Origin: Octopus vulgaris | Taxonomy: Eukaryota | Direction: 5' to 3' | Assembly: GCA_951406725.2 (NCBI GenBank) | Contig: OX597822.1 | Span: 73,780,001 to 73,844,000, forward strand | DNA length: 64,000 nucleotides | In this document: positions 28,193 through 41,964 of the stretch, piece after piece | How positions within the stretch are numbered: the first letter of the stretch is position 1 | Layout: every line of letters starts with the position of its first letter | Program-made: the position numbers and the translations under genes | Notes under the pieces: model-generated | What the model saw: the letters and a program-made list of their open reading frames with translations, nothing else | What the model was told of the DNA's origin: nothing | Database searches by the model: none

Positions 28193-28393
28193 CATCATCA
28201 TAACATCGAAAAATACCTTGGAATGAGAACACAGGTTCGAAATTTCCCCAGGACACCTGAAGAAGGCTGGAGAGTATATCAGCCGAAACGTTGTGTTAAC
28301 AACAAAGAAGATGAGAACAAATATCCGTCAAATGTAAATAATGTAAATAATGTACATAATTCCTCATCTCTTAAATATAGAACTGGGTTTATT
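27938..28393. mobile_element. Hammerhead retroelement inverted pair joined through the (TTA)n tract
   Basis: Minus arm 27949-28140 and plus arm 28203-28385 with full tail; imperfect TSD tggttttatt / tgggtttatt. Confidence 0.8.
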
Positions 28394-28590
28394 ATGCCTC
28401 TTTCACGCTCTCTTTGCATTTTCTACGTTGCGCTCTGTGTAAGAAAGGGATTAGGGAACCACTAATAGTAGCCTCTAGCCTACAAATCGACAAGGTTCTG
28501 AAGGACTAAAAACCACTCTACAGCGAGAGACTGATATTCTACTGGGACCGTTCATGCAGCACGAATACACAAGACTTAGTGAAGAAGCCC

Positions 28591-28760
28591 TTATTTTATT
28601 CTTTTATTTGTTTCAGTCATTTGACTACGGCCATGCTGGAGCACTGCCTTTAGTCGAGAAAATCGACCCTTGGGCTTATTCTTTGTAACCCTAGTACTTA
28701 TTCTATCGGTCTCTTTTGCTGAGCCGCTAAGGTACGGGGAGTAAACACATACACATAAAT

Positions 28761-28813
<53 letters not shown>

Positions 28814-29175
28814 CGATGAGCTTCTTTCAGTTTCTGTCTACCAAATCCACTCACATATCTTTTGTTGGCCCGAGGCTACAGTAGCCTATATATATATAGG
28901 CGCAGGAATGGGTGTGTGGTAAGTAGCTTGCTTCCAGCAACATAGTTTCGGGTTCAGTTCCACTGCGTGGCACCTTGGGCAAGTGTCTTCTACTGTAGAG
29001 TCGGGTCGACTAAAGCCTTGTGAGTGGATTTGGTAGGCGGAAACTAAAAGAAACCCGTCGTATATGTATGTGTGTGTGTATGTATTAGTTTTGTATGTAT
29101 GTGTATGCGTACGTACTTTGTCTAAAAGGAGGTGCTCCAGCATAGCCACAGTCAAAATTACTGAAACAGGTAACA

Positions 29176-29176
<1 letters not shown>
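28591..29176. mobile_element. Two SINE family A copies in divergent orientation
   Basis: Minus copy 28591-28885; plus copy 28899-29176. Confidence 0.8.
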
Positions 29177-29215
<39 letters not shown>

Positions 29216-29665
29216 GCAGAGAGAGAAGAGAGAGGGATAGAGAGAGAGAAAGAGGAGAGATTGACAGTGACTTCATAGCTTCGACCTGTTAGATTTTGTC
29301 AGACATTTTGACTAAAGCTAGCTGACCGAAACTTCGAAGCCAATATCACCCCTCAACTTGTTTAATAAACGTGTACTGTACAACAAACTATTAAGTAATT
29401 CTTAAGTTCGATGTTTAAAAGAGTTCAAGCCGGTCGCTAACAAAGCGACAAGACTTGTTGAGTTAAAAGAATTTTCGGTGTTTGTAAATATGTGATTGAG
29501 CTGGTGTGTTGGTTCAGTTGTTGATGTACCCAAACGTGTGTATCTGCTCACCTAAAATATTTCAGATGTATGTGTGTATGTTCGGCGTGTAAATGTCACT
29601 CGTCCTTCGAGATGTTGTAGTCAAATCCCGCCTTAGAGAAAAGACTCTGGATAACAGAGTCCGCT

Positions 29666-29788
<123 letters not shown>

Positions 29789-29932
29789 TAAAAACAAATG
29801 GAGAGATATTGCATAATGGTAATGTCTGCAGAAAATATTTGAGGGAGTAAAACGAAATAAAGATGTTTAGAATATTATTCTTAATCATAGTTCGGTTCGA
29901 TTAGAGTTTACCTTGCGCCAAACTGCAGCGAA

Positions 29933-30190
29933 GTGGAGGCGCGTGGCTTAGTGGTTAGGGTGTCAGCACCATGATCGTAAGATTGTGGTTTCGATTCCTG
30001 GACCGGGCGACGCGTTGTGTTCTTGAGCAAAACACTTCGTTTCTCGTTGCTCCAGTCCACTCAGCTGGATAAAATGAGTAACGCTGCGATGGACTGGCGT
30101 CCCATCCAGCTGGGGAACACATTCGCCATAGAAACCGGGAAACCGGGCCCATGAGCCTGGTTAGCCTTTAAAAAGGGTGCATTTATTTTT
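29933..30190 (+). mobile_element. SINE family C
   Basis: A box TGGCTTAGTGG, B box GTTTCGATTCC, shared central domain. Confidence 0.8.
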
Positions 30191-30763
30191 ATTTTCAAAC
30201 GACAGCGACACCGGAGACATACAACCAAATACAACACACGCACACACATACACAAAACTTTGTGTGATGAATAGAAGGAAGAAAAAGAAAAGAAAAAAGG
30301 TAACAGGAAGAAAAAGTTGTCAAAAATGACGTATCATGCGCAAAACTGTACCAGTAATCTTCATGGGTTGATTCAATTCTCCCTCTTTCGTTGACTTGAC
30401 ATAAAAGTGCCTTTTCTGTCAAATCAACAAAAAAGTAAATTTTCTACCATCCTTCTTGTTGCTATTGTTGATGATGATTACGTTTTTATCAGACCCATCC
30501 CATTTCCGATCTGATCGAACAGTCAGACCAATGATCAAAATAAGTTCGAGCCGTGACTAACTAGCCTTTTTATTTTATGTCTAACACTACAATTATCCAA
30601 TGTGCCTTTCTTTTTAAAAGACAGCAGGGTTTGTTTTGAGAAATATTAGACTTATTTCAAGCATGCACGATAAACCACGCACAAGTTCCTTGCTAAGTAC
30701 TAACGAGGGAGTTTCTATGCCTCCTGTAATAGCAATTCACTATCTCTTAAAACTTGGAAACAT

Positions 30764-31070
30764 CTGGCCTAGTGGTTAGAGCAGCGGACTCGCGGTCGAG
30801 GGATCGCGGGTTCGAATCTCAGACCGGGCGATGTGTGTATTTATGAGCGAAACACCTAAGCTCCACGCGGCTCCGGCAGAAGGTTATGGCAAACTTCTGC
30901 TGACCCTTTCGCCACAACTTTCTCTCACTCTTTCCTCCTGCATCTTGCAGCTTACCTGCGACGGACCGGTGTCCCGTCCAGGTGGGGAACCTATAATCGC
31001 CAAGGAAACCAGGAAACCGGGAAACCGGCCCTTATGAGCCAGGCGTGGCTCGAGAAGGAACAAACAACAA
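30764..31070 (+). mobile_element. SINE family C variant (tRNA-Arg-like head)
   Basis: tggcctagtggttagagcagcggacTCGcggtc...ggttcgaatc; (CAA)-type tail. Confidence 0.75.
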
Positions 31071-31356
31071 CATGCTACAAATTACAATTGTTTCTGGCAT
31101 AGGCACAGAGCCTGCTCAATCCAGTACTTGGCCGATCCTTTATTTTATTGCACCTGAAGATTTTTGGCGAGAGAGGGCTTGTAGATTACATCGCTCCCGG
31201 TGCTCAACTGGTACTTATTTTATCGATCCTGAAAGAATGAAAAGTAAATTTGATCTCGACGGAATTTGAACTCAGAACTTACAGTCGGACGAAATGCCGC
31301 TAAGCAATTTGTCCGGTGTGCTATCGATTCTGCCAGCTCGCCGCCTTAACGTCACC

Positions 31357-31403
<47 letters not shown>

Positions 31404-31849
31404 TAATAATAATAATCCTTTCTACAAGAGGCACAAGGACTCAAATTTGTGGGGAGGGGACTAGTTGATAACATCGACCCCAGTACTCCTCTGGTACTTA
31501 ATTTATCGACACCCGAAACGATGAAAGACAAAGTCACCCTCGGCGGAATTTGAACTCGAAATGTAATAAGAATTGGTTTTAATATAGGATTGGCAGCATT
31601 GTTAGAATGTTGGACGAAATGGCTTCGGTGTTTGATAAATGCTGGCTGTTAACGATCTGGGTTCAAATTCCGTTAAAGTAAGCTCCTTCTGGTGTCGATA
31701 AAATAAAGTTGCAGTCAAGTGCTGGGATCGATATAATTGCTTGCTCCCTTTCACCAGTTTCTGGCCTTCTGCATATGTAGGAAATTACACACACACACAC
31801 CCACACACATACACACACACTAATGCACACATACGTTCTTCTGTTTTCT

Positions 31850-32046
31850 TTTTCTTGTTTCAGTCATTTGACTGTGGCCATGCTGGAGCACCGCCTTTAG
31901 TCGAGCAAATCGACCCCGAGACTTATTCTTTGTAAACCTAGCACTTATTCTATCGGTCTCTTTGCCGAACCGCTAAATTACGGGGGACGTAAACACACCA
32001 CCATCGGTTGTCAAGCGATATTGAGGGGACAAACACAGACACACAA

Positions 32047-32109
<63 letters not shown>

Positions 32110-32270
32110 CATATATATATATACTTATACATATATACGACGGGCTTCTTTCAGTTTCCGTCTACCAAATCCACTCACAAGGCTTTGGTCAGCCCCATGG
32201 TGCCACGTAGTGGGACTGATCCCGGAACCATGTGATTGGTAAGTAAGCTACTTACCACAAAGCCACTCCT
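31850..32270 (-). mobile_element. SINE family A
   Basis: Consensus match. Confidence 0.85.
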
Positions 32271-32624
32271 CCATACATACATAACTACATACATACATTC
32301 ATTCATACACACATAAAGACTTATAGACATATATATGTATGTGTGTGTGCGCGCGTGTGTATGTGTGATGTTTGCGTTGTTATGTGTTTGTCGCTCACCG
32401 CCTGACAACCAGTTCTGGTTTGTTTATGTTCATGTAAGTTAACAGTGCAGCAAAAAAGGACGCACTAAGTACTAAACTTTAAAATAAGTACTAGGGACGG
32501 TTTGTTTGAGGAAATCCTTCGAGCGGGGTGGGGAGAAGGGACACAGGCAATCTACCCCGGCAAGTCTGCAATCGGCTGAAGAGGGTTTGAGGAATAAAAG
32601 GGGCTGTATCTCACTTCTATTTAT

Positions 32625-32921
32625 TGTTTTATTCTTTTGCTTGTTTCAGTCATTTGACTGCGGCCATGCTGGAGCACCGCTATTTAATCGAACAAATCGT
32701 CCCCAGTACTTATTCTTTGCAAGCCTACAACTTATTCTATCGGTCAACCCTGCCAAACCGCTAAGTTACAGCGATATAAACACACTAGCATCGGTTGTTA
32801 AGCGATGTTGGGAGAGGGGGGACAGACACAGACACACAAATATATGCACACACATATATACACACATAACACACACACATACACACACACACACACACAC
32901 ATACATACATACATACATACA

Positions 32922-32957
<36 letters not shown>

Positions 32958-33095
32958 TGTGTGTGTGTGTGTGTATACGGCGGGCTTCTTTCAGTTTCCG
33001 TCTCTACCAAATCCACTCACAAGACTTGTCGGATTGAGGCAACAGAAGACCCTTGCCAAGGTGCCACGCAGTGGGGCTGAACCCGGAACCATGTG
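32625..33095 (-). mobile_element. SINE family A
   Basis: Consensus match. Confidence 0.8.
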
Positions 33096-33493
33096 ATCTA
33101 TTTAATAAACTTATACAGCTACTCCTGTATAAGTTTATTAAATAGATCCTACACAAATGTATGTGTGTATATATATATATACACACACACATATATATAC
33201 ACATGTCTATATATATATACACGCATGTGTATATATATACACACACGTATATATATATATATACACGTATATATATATATGTATAACTCATACATACATA
33301 TATATATGTATATACATGCTTACATTCATATATGCATACGTGCATATATGTATATATATACACACACGCGCGCGTGCACACACTCAAACACACACACATA
33401 TATATATACATATATAAACACGAAAAGTGGAAACAAAAAGTGGTGTGAAAATAGTTACCATAGACTACAAGAACTTCAAAATAGTAAAGCGTA

Positions 33494-33601
<108 letters not shown>

Positions 33602-33749
33602 TTGAATATCAACGAATTGTAAAGAAACCATCAGTCTGACAAAAATAGATTTGCTAGAATCGAACGTGAAATGAAAAATTTAAATTTAATTCAAAATTCT
33701 TTTATATAAAAATCAGAAAGAAAGTTTCAGAAAGTTTCGCACAACTTAC

Positions 33750-33884
33750 CATTTTCAAGCATTCCACTCTGCAGCGTGCAACAGATAATTGGCTTTCATC
33801 AACGTTAATCGCCTCCGCTTTTTGGTTAATTCCACAACAGGCCATCAACAGACCAATAATATAGGATATCCCGTGGATAAGCAT
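33750..33884 (-). CDS. First coding exon of a secreted/membrane Cys-rich protein; candidate anosmin-1 (KAL1)-like or fend-like
   Basis: Unique sequence encoding MLIHGISYIIGLLMACCGINQKAEAINVDESQLSVARCRVECLKM: hydrophobic signal peptide, AxA cleavage motif and DES...ARCxxxCL resembling the anosmin N-terminus; perfect phase-0 donor G|GTAAGT at 33749-33744. Family identity is from memory, not from a search. Confidence 0.75.
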
Positions 33885-33975
33885 TTGGAAGTTTCCTCAT
33901 GGGGTGGGAGTTGGATAACAAGTATAGATATATATTTATATATATATATATAGGCAGATTGCGTGGTTGATTAGC

Positions 33976-34039
<64 letters not shown>

Positions 34040-34429
34040 GGGATAAATATATTAATGGATAGAGAGATGATTTGGTAGATAAATAGACAAGTTGATGGAT
34101 GCGTAAAAGGACAGTAAAATAAATAGACAGATAGACAGACAGATAGACAGACTGATGAAAAGATAGATAGATAGATAGATAGAAGACAGAGAGATGTGAA
34201 GTTGTTGGCAGTTAAAGGTGGACGGAAGCGGAACAGGTAAAAAAAAAATAAACGAATAAATAAATTGAAGAATTAAAGGAAGTCAAAAGAATATGTAAAC
34301 AATGGTACGGAATCTTTAAATTTGTTTTTCGTGTTGGTTATTATTTGTCGGGACGGTCAGGGGTTGGTTTGTTTGTGTTTTAGGGGAAATACAGGAAGGG
34401 AGCGCTGTGTTGTGATGTTCATGCCTTAA

Positions 34430-34680
34430 TCATATCGGTCACATTTGATGATAACTGCAATACCAGTAAAACGGCAATATGAAGAAGTGAAGTGAGGGCG
34501 GTTCCAACTGAGAATCGAAACCGGCTCGCGAAGTTGTGTTTCGCCGTGAACTCATACCCAACACGTCACTGCAACACGTTGCGGCTGCCGAAGAATCAAA
34601 TCCAACGTTATTATACTTGTGATAGATGTCAACAATACACAGCCGATCCGTGGCTCCTGCGTTTCCTCACTGATAGCGAT
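34430..34680 (-). promoter_or_regulatory. Candidate core promoter of the minus-strand gene
   Basis: Unique, CpG-enriched stretch ~0.6 kb upstream of the ATG; Inr-like TCAGTT at ~34504-34510 and TGACGT upstream on the minus strand. Confidence 0.3.
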
Positions 34681-34770
34681 GTTGAATATAAAACCAGCGG
34701 TAGTAGTAATAGTAGTAGCAGCGGTGGTGGCGGTGGGAGCAGCAGCAGCACTAATAATAATAATATCTAC

Positions 34771-34990
34771 AAGGCGGCGCGCTGGCAGAATCGTTAGCAC
34801 GCCGGGTAATATCCTTAGTGGTATCTCGCCCGTCGCTACGTTCTGAGTTCAAATTCCACCCAGGTCAACTTTGCCTTTCATGCTTTAGGGGTCGATGAAT
34901 TAAGTACCAGTTGAGTACTGGGGGTCGATGTGATCGACTGTCCCCTTATCCACAAAATCCCGGCTTTGTGCCTATTAGTAAGAAGGATTA
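34771..34990 (+). mobile_element. SINE family B, full length
   Basis: Consensus match. Confidence 0.85.
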
Positions 34991-35467
34991 TTGTTATTTT
35001 TATTTGTTATTGGTATTTTTAATTACTCTTAGATAAACTCTACGTTACGGATGCTAATAAAAAAAAAAAAATATTGTTGCGAACTCTCAGATAAGTTGCA
35101 TGCTAAGAAGTACCCAGAAGTGAGAGAGAATGAAAAAAAAAAAAAAAACAGAGAGAAGGGGGGAGGGAGATATGGAGAAAGAGGGAGAATTTGAGGCAAT
35201 CGTGCCTTTCCTGTGACCAGGTAATTCGCAATACGACACGTGCTTTCGTCCAGCGGGTGATTACAAATCTTTATACATATATATATGTGTGGGTGCATAA
35301 GTACATGCGTGTATACATAGTACATAAGTACATGCGTGTGTAGATATAGATATATGTGTGTGTGTGTGCGTGTGTTTGTGTGTGTGTATGTGTGCGTGCG
35401 TGTGTGTTTATCTCAATGAGTTTTCGTTTCTACGCAGGTGACCAAAAACACGGAAGAACCGATTCCG

Positions 35468-35501
<34 letters not shown>

Positions 35502-35562
35502 GAAAACAGCTTCAGCTGTCCACAGACTAAGGTGACATTTGTTTACTGGTCATGCTTTATTA

Positions 35563-35606
<44 letters not shown>

Positions 35607-36176
35607 TTTTTTTTTTTTTTTTTTTTTTTGCGGTGTTAACATAAACTTCGACCAGTAGCGATTCTGATTATTGTTGCTCTTGTTGTCGTTGTTGTTGTTG
35701 GTCTTTAATAATTGTTTGTTAATTGCTGACCTCTTCCAGTTTAGTGGCAATTCCTCTTGATAACAACCGTTATTGTAATTGTTATATTTTTTTATTTTTA
35801 TTTTTATTTTTTTACTTTATTTGTTCATTTACATTAAATGCACATGAATGAAAAAAAGTCCCGCGTGTGCGTCTGCGTACGTGTGTATATCTATATACAT
35901 ATATGTGTATGTTTGAGTGTGTGTGTGTGTGTGTTTCTGTATGTGTACGTATGCAGAAAGAGAGGAAGAGAGGGAGGGAGGGGAGGTAGAGTAGGAGAGA
36001 ATGTACTTGACTATCAATATTATATTTGTGTATATCTGCGCAAAAGTACGTCTTTATAACTATCTCTATATGTGTATGTATATATATATATATGTGTGTG
36101 TGCGTGTGTGTGTATGTGTGTGTGTATGCGTGTGTGAGTGTGTGTATGAATGAAAGTATGAATGCATCTATGTGTG

Positions 36177-36208
<32 letters not shown>

Positions 36209-37346
36209 AGTGTATGAATGAAAGTATGTATGTATATATGTGTGAGTGAGTTTGTGTGTGTGTGTGCGTGCGTGAATGTGCGAGAGAGAGAGAAAGAGAA
36301 AGAGAAAGAGAAAGAGAGAGAGAGAGATTGAATGAAAATGAGGGGGTAACAGAGTGTGGTTGAGAGAGAGAGAGAGAGAGATTAGCCGCAAATATCTTTG
36401 ACTGTATAAATATCGGACGACCAAATTTTATACATTGTCCATTCAATCGAACGGCGTGAACAGGAAGTTCTGAAGTTGTGTTGCTTCTTCCACAACAAAA
36501 CTGAATAAAAACTCAACTAAAACTAAAATATATGAAAACATAAGCTATCGGTACGGGCAGCAGCAGCAGCAGCAACAACAACAACAGCAACAATAACTAA
36601 TAATTCTAGCAACAAACATTATAACAAACCAACAACGAGAGCGAGCGAGCGAGCAGCAGCCGACGAGTTTTAACTTCTATTAAATCAGGCATTGGCTGAA
36701 GGCCGCCGCGCGCGTGTGTGTGTATGTGCGTGTGTGCGTGCTTGCGTGCGTGCGTGCGTGCGTGTGTGTGTGTGTTTATATATTGGGGGAGAGGACGAAG
36801 GATAAAGAGAGAGAGAGAAAAAGAGCATATGAGTAGGAGAAAAGGCATGAGGGACAGAAAGAGGCGGGAAAAGAGAGAGAGAGAGAGGAAGAGCGTGTGA
36901 GAGAGAATAAGTAGTGATACCAGCGGGTAGAGAAAATATAGATAAGTAAATACAAAGCAGGGATGCGCGTATGCGTGTGAAGGTGTATGAGTATCTCAGC
37001 ATGATGCGTGCATATGTGAGAGTATGTGTGTGTGAGAGCATGCGCGCCTCTGTGTGTGTGTGTGTGTGGATGTGTGTATGCGTGTGGATGTATTCGCCTG
37101 CGTTATCTTGTTTTATCTCTCATGGAGGGGGGGTTGACTCGATGAGGTGGAGCCGCCGGTTATGATGCTACCGTTGATGAGGATGGTGATGGCGGTGGTA
37201 TTGGTAACCGTTTTCCAAGCGGGCTTTTTCGTTTCGTTTTATTTTTTTATAAAGATACTTTCACTCTCTTCTGTCTCTCTCTTTCTTTCCTTCTCTCTCC
37301 ATCTGTACAACAGACTCGATTCAAATGTCAACACATTGATAATCGA

Positions 37347-37425
<79 letters not shown>

Positions 37426-37613
37426 TATATGTATGTATGTATATATGCAAACGTACACACTCACATAAACACATATATGCGTGTGTGTATGTATATATAT
37501 ATGTATGTATGTGGAAATGTATGTATATTGTATGTATGTATGTATGTATATATACATACATATATATACATATATATAGATATATACATACTTAGAAATG
37601 GATATATGTATGC

Positions 37614-37644
<31 letters not shown>

Positions 37645-37674
37645 CTCATATGTACATAAATGCATACATATATT

Positions 37675-37713
<39 letters not shown>

Positions 37714-37742
37714 TCATATGTACATAAATGCATACATATATT

Positions 37743-37781
<39 letters not shown>

Positions 37782-37810
37782 TCATATGTACATAAATACA
37801 TACATATATT

Positions 37811-37880
<70 letters not shown>

Positions 37881-37920
37881 TATTATTATTATTATTATTA
37901 TTATCAAAGCTGAAAAAAAA

Positions 37921-38010
37921 ACCATCACAAAAATATCAAAAAAACTGCTACTCAGAGTTTCACGTCCCCGTTCGTCGGACAATTCTTTTGTGATATTTTT
38001 TGTGGTGTCT
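37921..38010 (-). ncRNA. Variant type I hammerhead motif (CCGACGA core) with extended stem I
   Basis: Minus: aattgt-CCGACGA-acg(ggga)cgt-GAAAC-tctga-GTA-gcagtt; flanks are complementary; homologous to 40066-40120. Confidence 0.55.
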
Positions 38011-38645
38011 TTTGCAGTCTTGATAATAAAGCGTATTACTCTACCTCCAGGATATTCGAGCACTATGCTTACTCCGGTATCTACCTACTTACCTACCTAC
38101 CTACCTACCTACCTACCTACCTACCTACCTATCTATCTATCTATCTATCTACATATAGATATTCTTTTATTCTTTTATTTGTTTCAGTCATTTGACCGTG
38201 GCCATGCTGGGGCACGGCCTTTAGTCGAACAAATCGACCCCAGGACGTGTCCTTTGTAAGGCTAGTACTTATTCTATCGCTCTCTTTTGCCGAACTGCTA
38301 AGTTACGGGCACATAAACACACCAGCATCTGTTGTCAAGCGAAATCGGGGTGGGGACACACAAACACACACATATATATATATTTATATATACGACTGGC
38401 TTTTTATCAGTTTCCGTCTACCAAATCCACTCACAAGGCTTTGGTCAGCCCAAGACTAAAGTAGAAGACAGTTTGGGACTGAACCCGGAACAACTTATCA
38501 CACACACACACACATATAGATATATATCTGTCTGTATATCAGTTCCACAGCGTGGCACCTTGAGCAAGTGCCTTCTACTATAGCCTCGGGCTGACCAAAG
38601 ACTTGTGAGTGAATTTGGTAGACGGAAACTGAAAGAAGCCCGTCG

Positions 38646-38765
<120 letters not shown>

Positions 38766-39091
38766 TGTGTGTGTGTGTCTGTCCGTCTGTCTATGTCTGT
38801 GTCTGTGTGTGTCTCTGTGTCTGTGTGTGTGTCTTTGATTCTATGTCTGTGTCTGTCCCATACCGCTGCTTTGACAACCGATGTAGGCATGTCCACGTCG
38901 CTATAACTTAGCGGTTCAGCATACCAAGCCCGATAGGATAAGCACCAGGCTTGAAAAAGAATAAGTACTGGGGTAGATTCAGCCGATTAAAAGTTTTGTA
39001 GTCGTGCTCCAGCATGGCCGCAGTCTAATGACTGAAACAAGCAAAAGATAAAAGATACATACATACATACATATATATATATATAATATAT

Positions 39092-39523
39092 AGGCGCAGG
39101 AGTGGCTGTGTGGTAAGTAGCTTGGTTACCAACCACATGGTTCCGGGTTCAGTCCCACTGCGTGACACCTTGGGCAAGTGTCTTCTACTATAACCTCGGG
39201 CCGACCAAAGCCTTGTGAGTGGATTTGGTAGACGGAAACTGAAAGAAGCCCGTCGTATATATGTATATATATATGTGTGTGTGTGCGCGTGTATGTTTGT
39301 GTGTATGTTTGTGTGTCTGTGTTTGTCCCCCTAGCATTGCTTGACAACCGATGCTGGTGTGTTTATGTCCCCATCCATTAGCAGTTCGGCAAAAGAGACC
39401 GATAGAATGAGCACTGGGCTTACAAAGAATAAGTCCCAGGGTCGAGTTGCTCGATTAAAGGCGGTACTCCAGCATGGCCGCAGTCAAATGACTGAAACAA
39501 GTAAAGAGTAAAGAGTAAAGAGT
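39092..39523 (+). mobile_element. SINE family A, full length
   Basis: Complete head ggcgcaggagtggctgtgtgg through the (AAAGAGT)n tail. Confidence 0.9.
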
Positions 39524-39755
39524 ATATACTTATACTCTTTGTAAATAGTATAGTATGTACGCCAGTTGTAAATAAATTTAATTTAATTTAATTAATTTGT
39601 TTACCAAAGTTTGCCGAAACTATGCATAGTCCAGAGATGAAAGGGGTAAACGTTTTTATTTCTCTTTCAATTTCAGAATTACAACTATTAACGGTTTCAG
39701 TTTGGCTGCTCTTTCTAGTGAGTCGAATGTCCTATTATGGCCATTCCTTATATTT

Positions 39756-39819
<64 letters not shown>

Positions 39820-40065
39820 CAATAAGAAAATGGAGGAGATCAATAGGTGGTTCATCAACTTCTAGACATTATATTATGTCAATTTATTTATTTATTATTT
39901 ATTTATTTATTGCAATGCAATAAAAACACTTGTGTATTAATAAATGGGTATTCCACCACCAGTATGTTGGATAGATATTATACCTTAGTTGGTTGGATTC
40001 ACAACCTCTAACTCTCTGAATTGTATATATATATATATATACTTTATTTAAAAGCAGCAGAAATT

Positions 40066-40120
40066 TAACAAAAGTTGTTACTCGGAGTTTCACGTTCCCG
40101 TTCGTCGGACAGTTTTGTTA
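40066..40120 (-). ncRNA. Variant type I hammerhead motif (CCGACGA core)
   Basis: Minus: taacaaaactgt-CCGACGA-acg(ggaa)cgt-GAAAC-tccga-GTA-acaacttttgtta. Confidence 0.55.
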
Positions 40121-40202
40121 CTCTTTGAGTACTCTTTTTTCCACCTTGTTTCACATTTATGTGTTTACTCCGGTATATATATATACTCCGGTATATATAT
40201 AT

Positions 40203-41191
40203 ACAGTAACATCAGAACCTTCGCTGATGATTCCAAACTCCAGAAGGTCGTCAATGGCGTGGCTGACCGAATAAGCCTTCAGTCAGACCTACTGGCTGTT
40301 GTCCAATGGGCGGAAAAGAATAACATGCTGCTAAATGAAGACAAATTCGAACTGATCCACTTTGGAAGGGAGGACGCTCTGAAACTCCCATACTCCCTTC
40401 CTTCTGGAGAAATTCTCATGGCGTCCAACAACATCAGAGACTTGGGAGTAACAGTGGACAACAACATAAGCTGGGCTACACATATAAGCAGCAAAGTTGA
40501 CATGGCCCGCAGAATGTGTTCCTGGATTCTCAGAACCTTCCAGTCGAGAGATTCCCACACTATTATCCTTCTCTTCTCCACTTTTGCCCGACCCCACCTT
40601 GAATACTGCTGTCCACTGTGGTCTCCCTACACAAAACAAAATATTATGAGAATTGAAGCTCCCCAAAGGTCAATCACAAAAAAGATAGATGGCATGTCAG
40701 ACCTTGGCTACTGGGGTAGACTAGAGAAGCTGAAACTGTATTCACTCAAACGACGCCGTGAACGCTACATTATCTGTATGATGTGGAAAATATTCCATCA
40801 GCACTGTCCGAATGATGTTGGCATCACCTTCAAAATACATCCAAGGCTTGGACCACGTACCATCCGTCCACAACAAAAATCTAAATCGCATCACATAACG
40901 ACAATACGGCACAACTATTTCACCTCAATTGGACCCGTTCTCTTCAACATTACACCAGGACACATCAAAAAAGAAACTGACCACACAAAATTCAAGAAGT
41001 CTTTGGACAAATTCCTTCAAACAGTCCCGGACAAACCACTCACATCCGGATATGTCTCCGCAAACAATAACTCTCTGCTCGAATGGGCCTTGGTGCCCAA
41101 ATCCTGAATTGAAAGACTTCGCCAGGTGGTGCTATTAAGTTAGACATGGCCTGGGCCAATACTGGCCAAAACCTTTCTAAGTTATTCTAAG

Positions 41192-41193
<2 letters not shown>
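40203..41193 (+). mobile_element. 5'-truncated CR1-group LINE (RT C-terminal half, open frame to stop at 41107, plus 3'UTR)
   Basis: FADDSKL, LQSDL, RDLGV, RPHLEYCCPLWSPY and RLEKLKLYSLKRRRER motifs; ttctaagtta repeated tail; flanked by (TA)n. Confidence 0.9.
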
Positions 41194-41239
<46 letters not shown>

Positions 41240-41758
41240 TTGTATTTCGGGATGATAATTGTTTTGTTTTCTGTTTCTTCTCCTGCTCCACTTAATGGTG
41301 TAAGCGGAGAAGGAGCGTACACAAGGAAGGAAAATGTCGCTGAAGACGAAAGATTTCCGAACAATGGACACGAGGTCTGAAGAAGAACAGCAATAAACGA
41401 GTGAAGAACGAATATATAATGCGTGTGGCCGTCCCGAAATACAATATCTGTTTCAATACACGACTTAACATCAGGAATTTTGCAACACAAATTCACAAAC
41501 GCATATATATTGCTTTTAAAGCCTAGTACTTATTGTGTCGTACAGGTACTTATTCTAAGTTATGGTGACGTAAACACGCCAACACCTGTTGTCAAGCAGT
41601 GGTGTGGGACAAATACAGGCAGTTTATTAATTTTAGCATTATTCTTTTTTAGTATGGAAATGAGTAATTATCAAAAGGACATTTATGAAGTCCGTATGAT
41701 TAAATTCTTTGGGTGGGGATAACTGGTTAATTCAGCGTTTATTTAATTTCTACGGAAT

Positions 41759-41883
41759 TAATGTTATTATACAGTTCTATATTTAAGAGAAGAGAAATTA
41801 TGTACATTATTTACATTTGACGAATGTTTGTCCCCATCTTGTTTGTTGTAAACGCAGTTCGATTCCAGGCAGTGACCTGGATG

Positions 41884-41964
<81 letters not shown>

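Noticed and set aside
32506-33096. ORFs containing FQSFDCGHAGAP / LLSVSVYQIHSQG
   Set aside because: Antisense translations of SINE family A.
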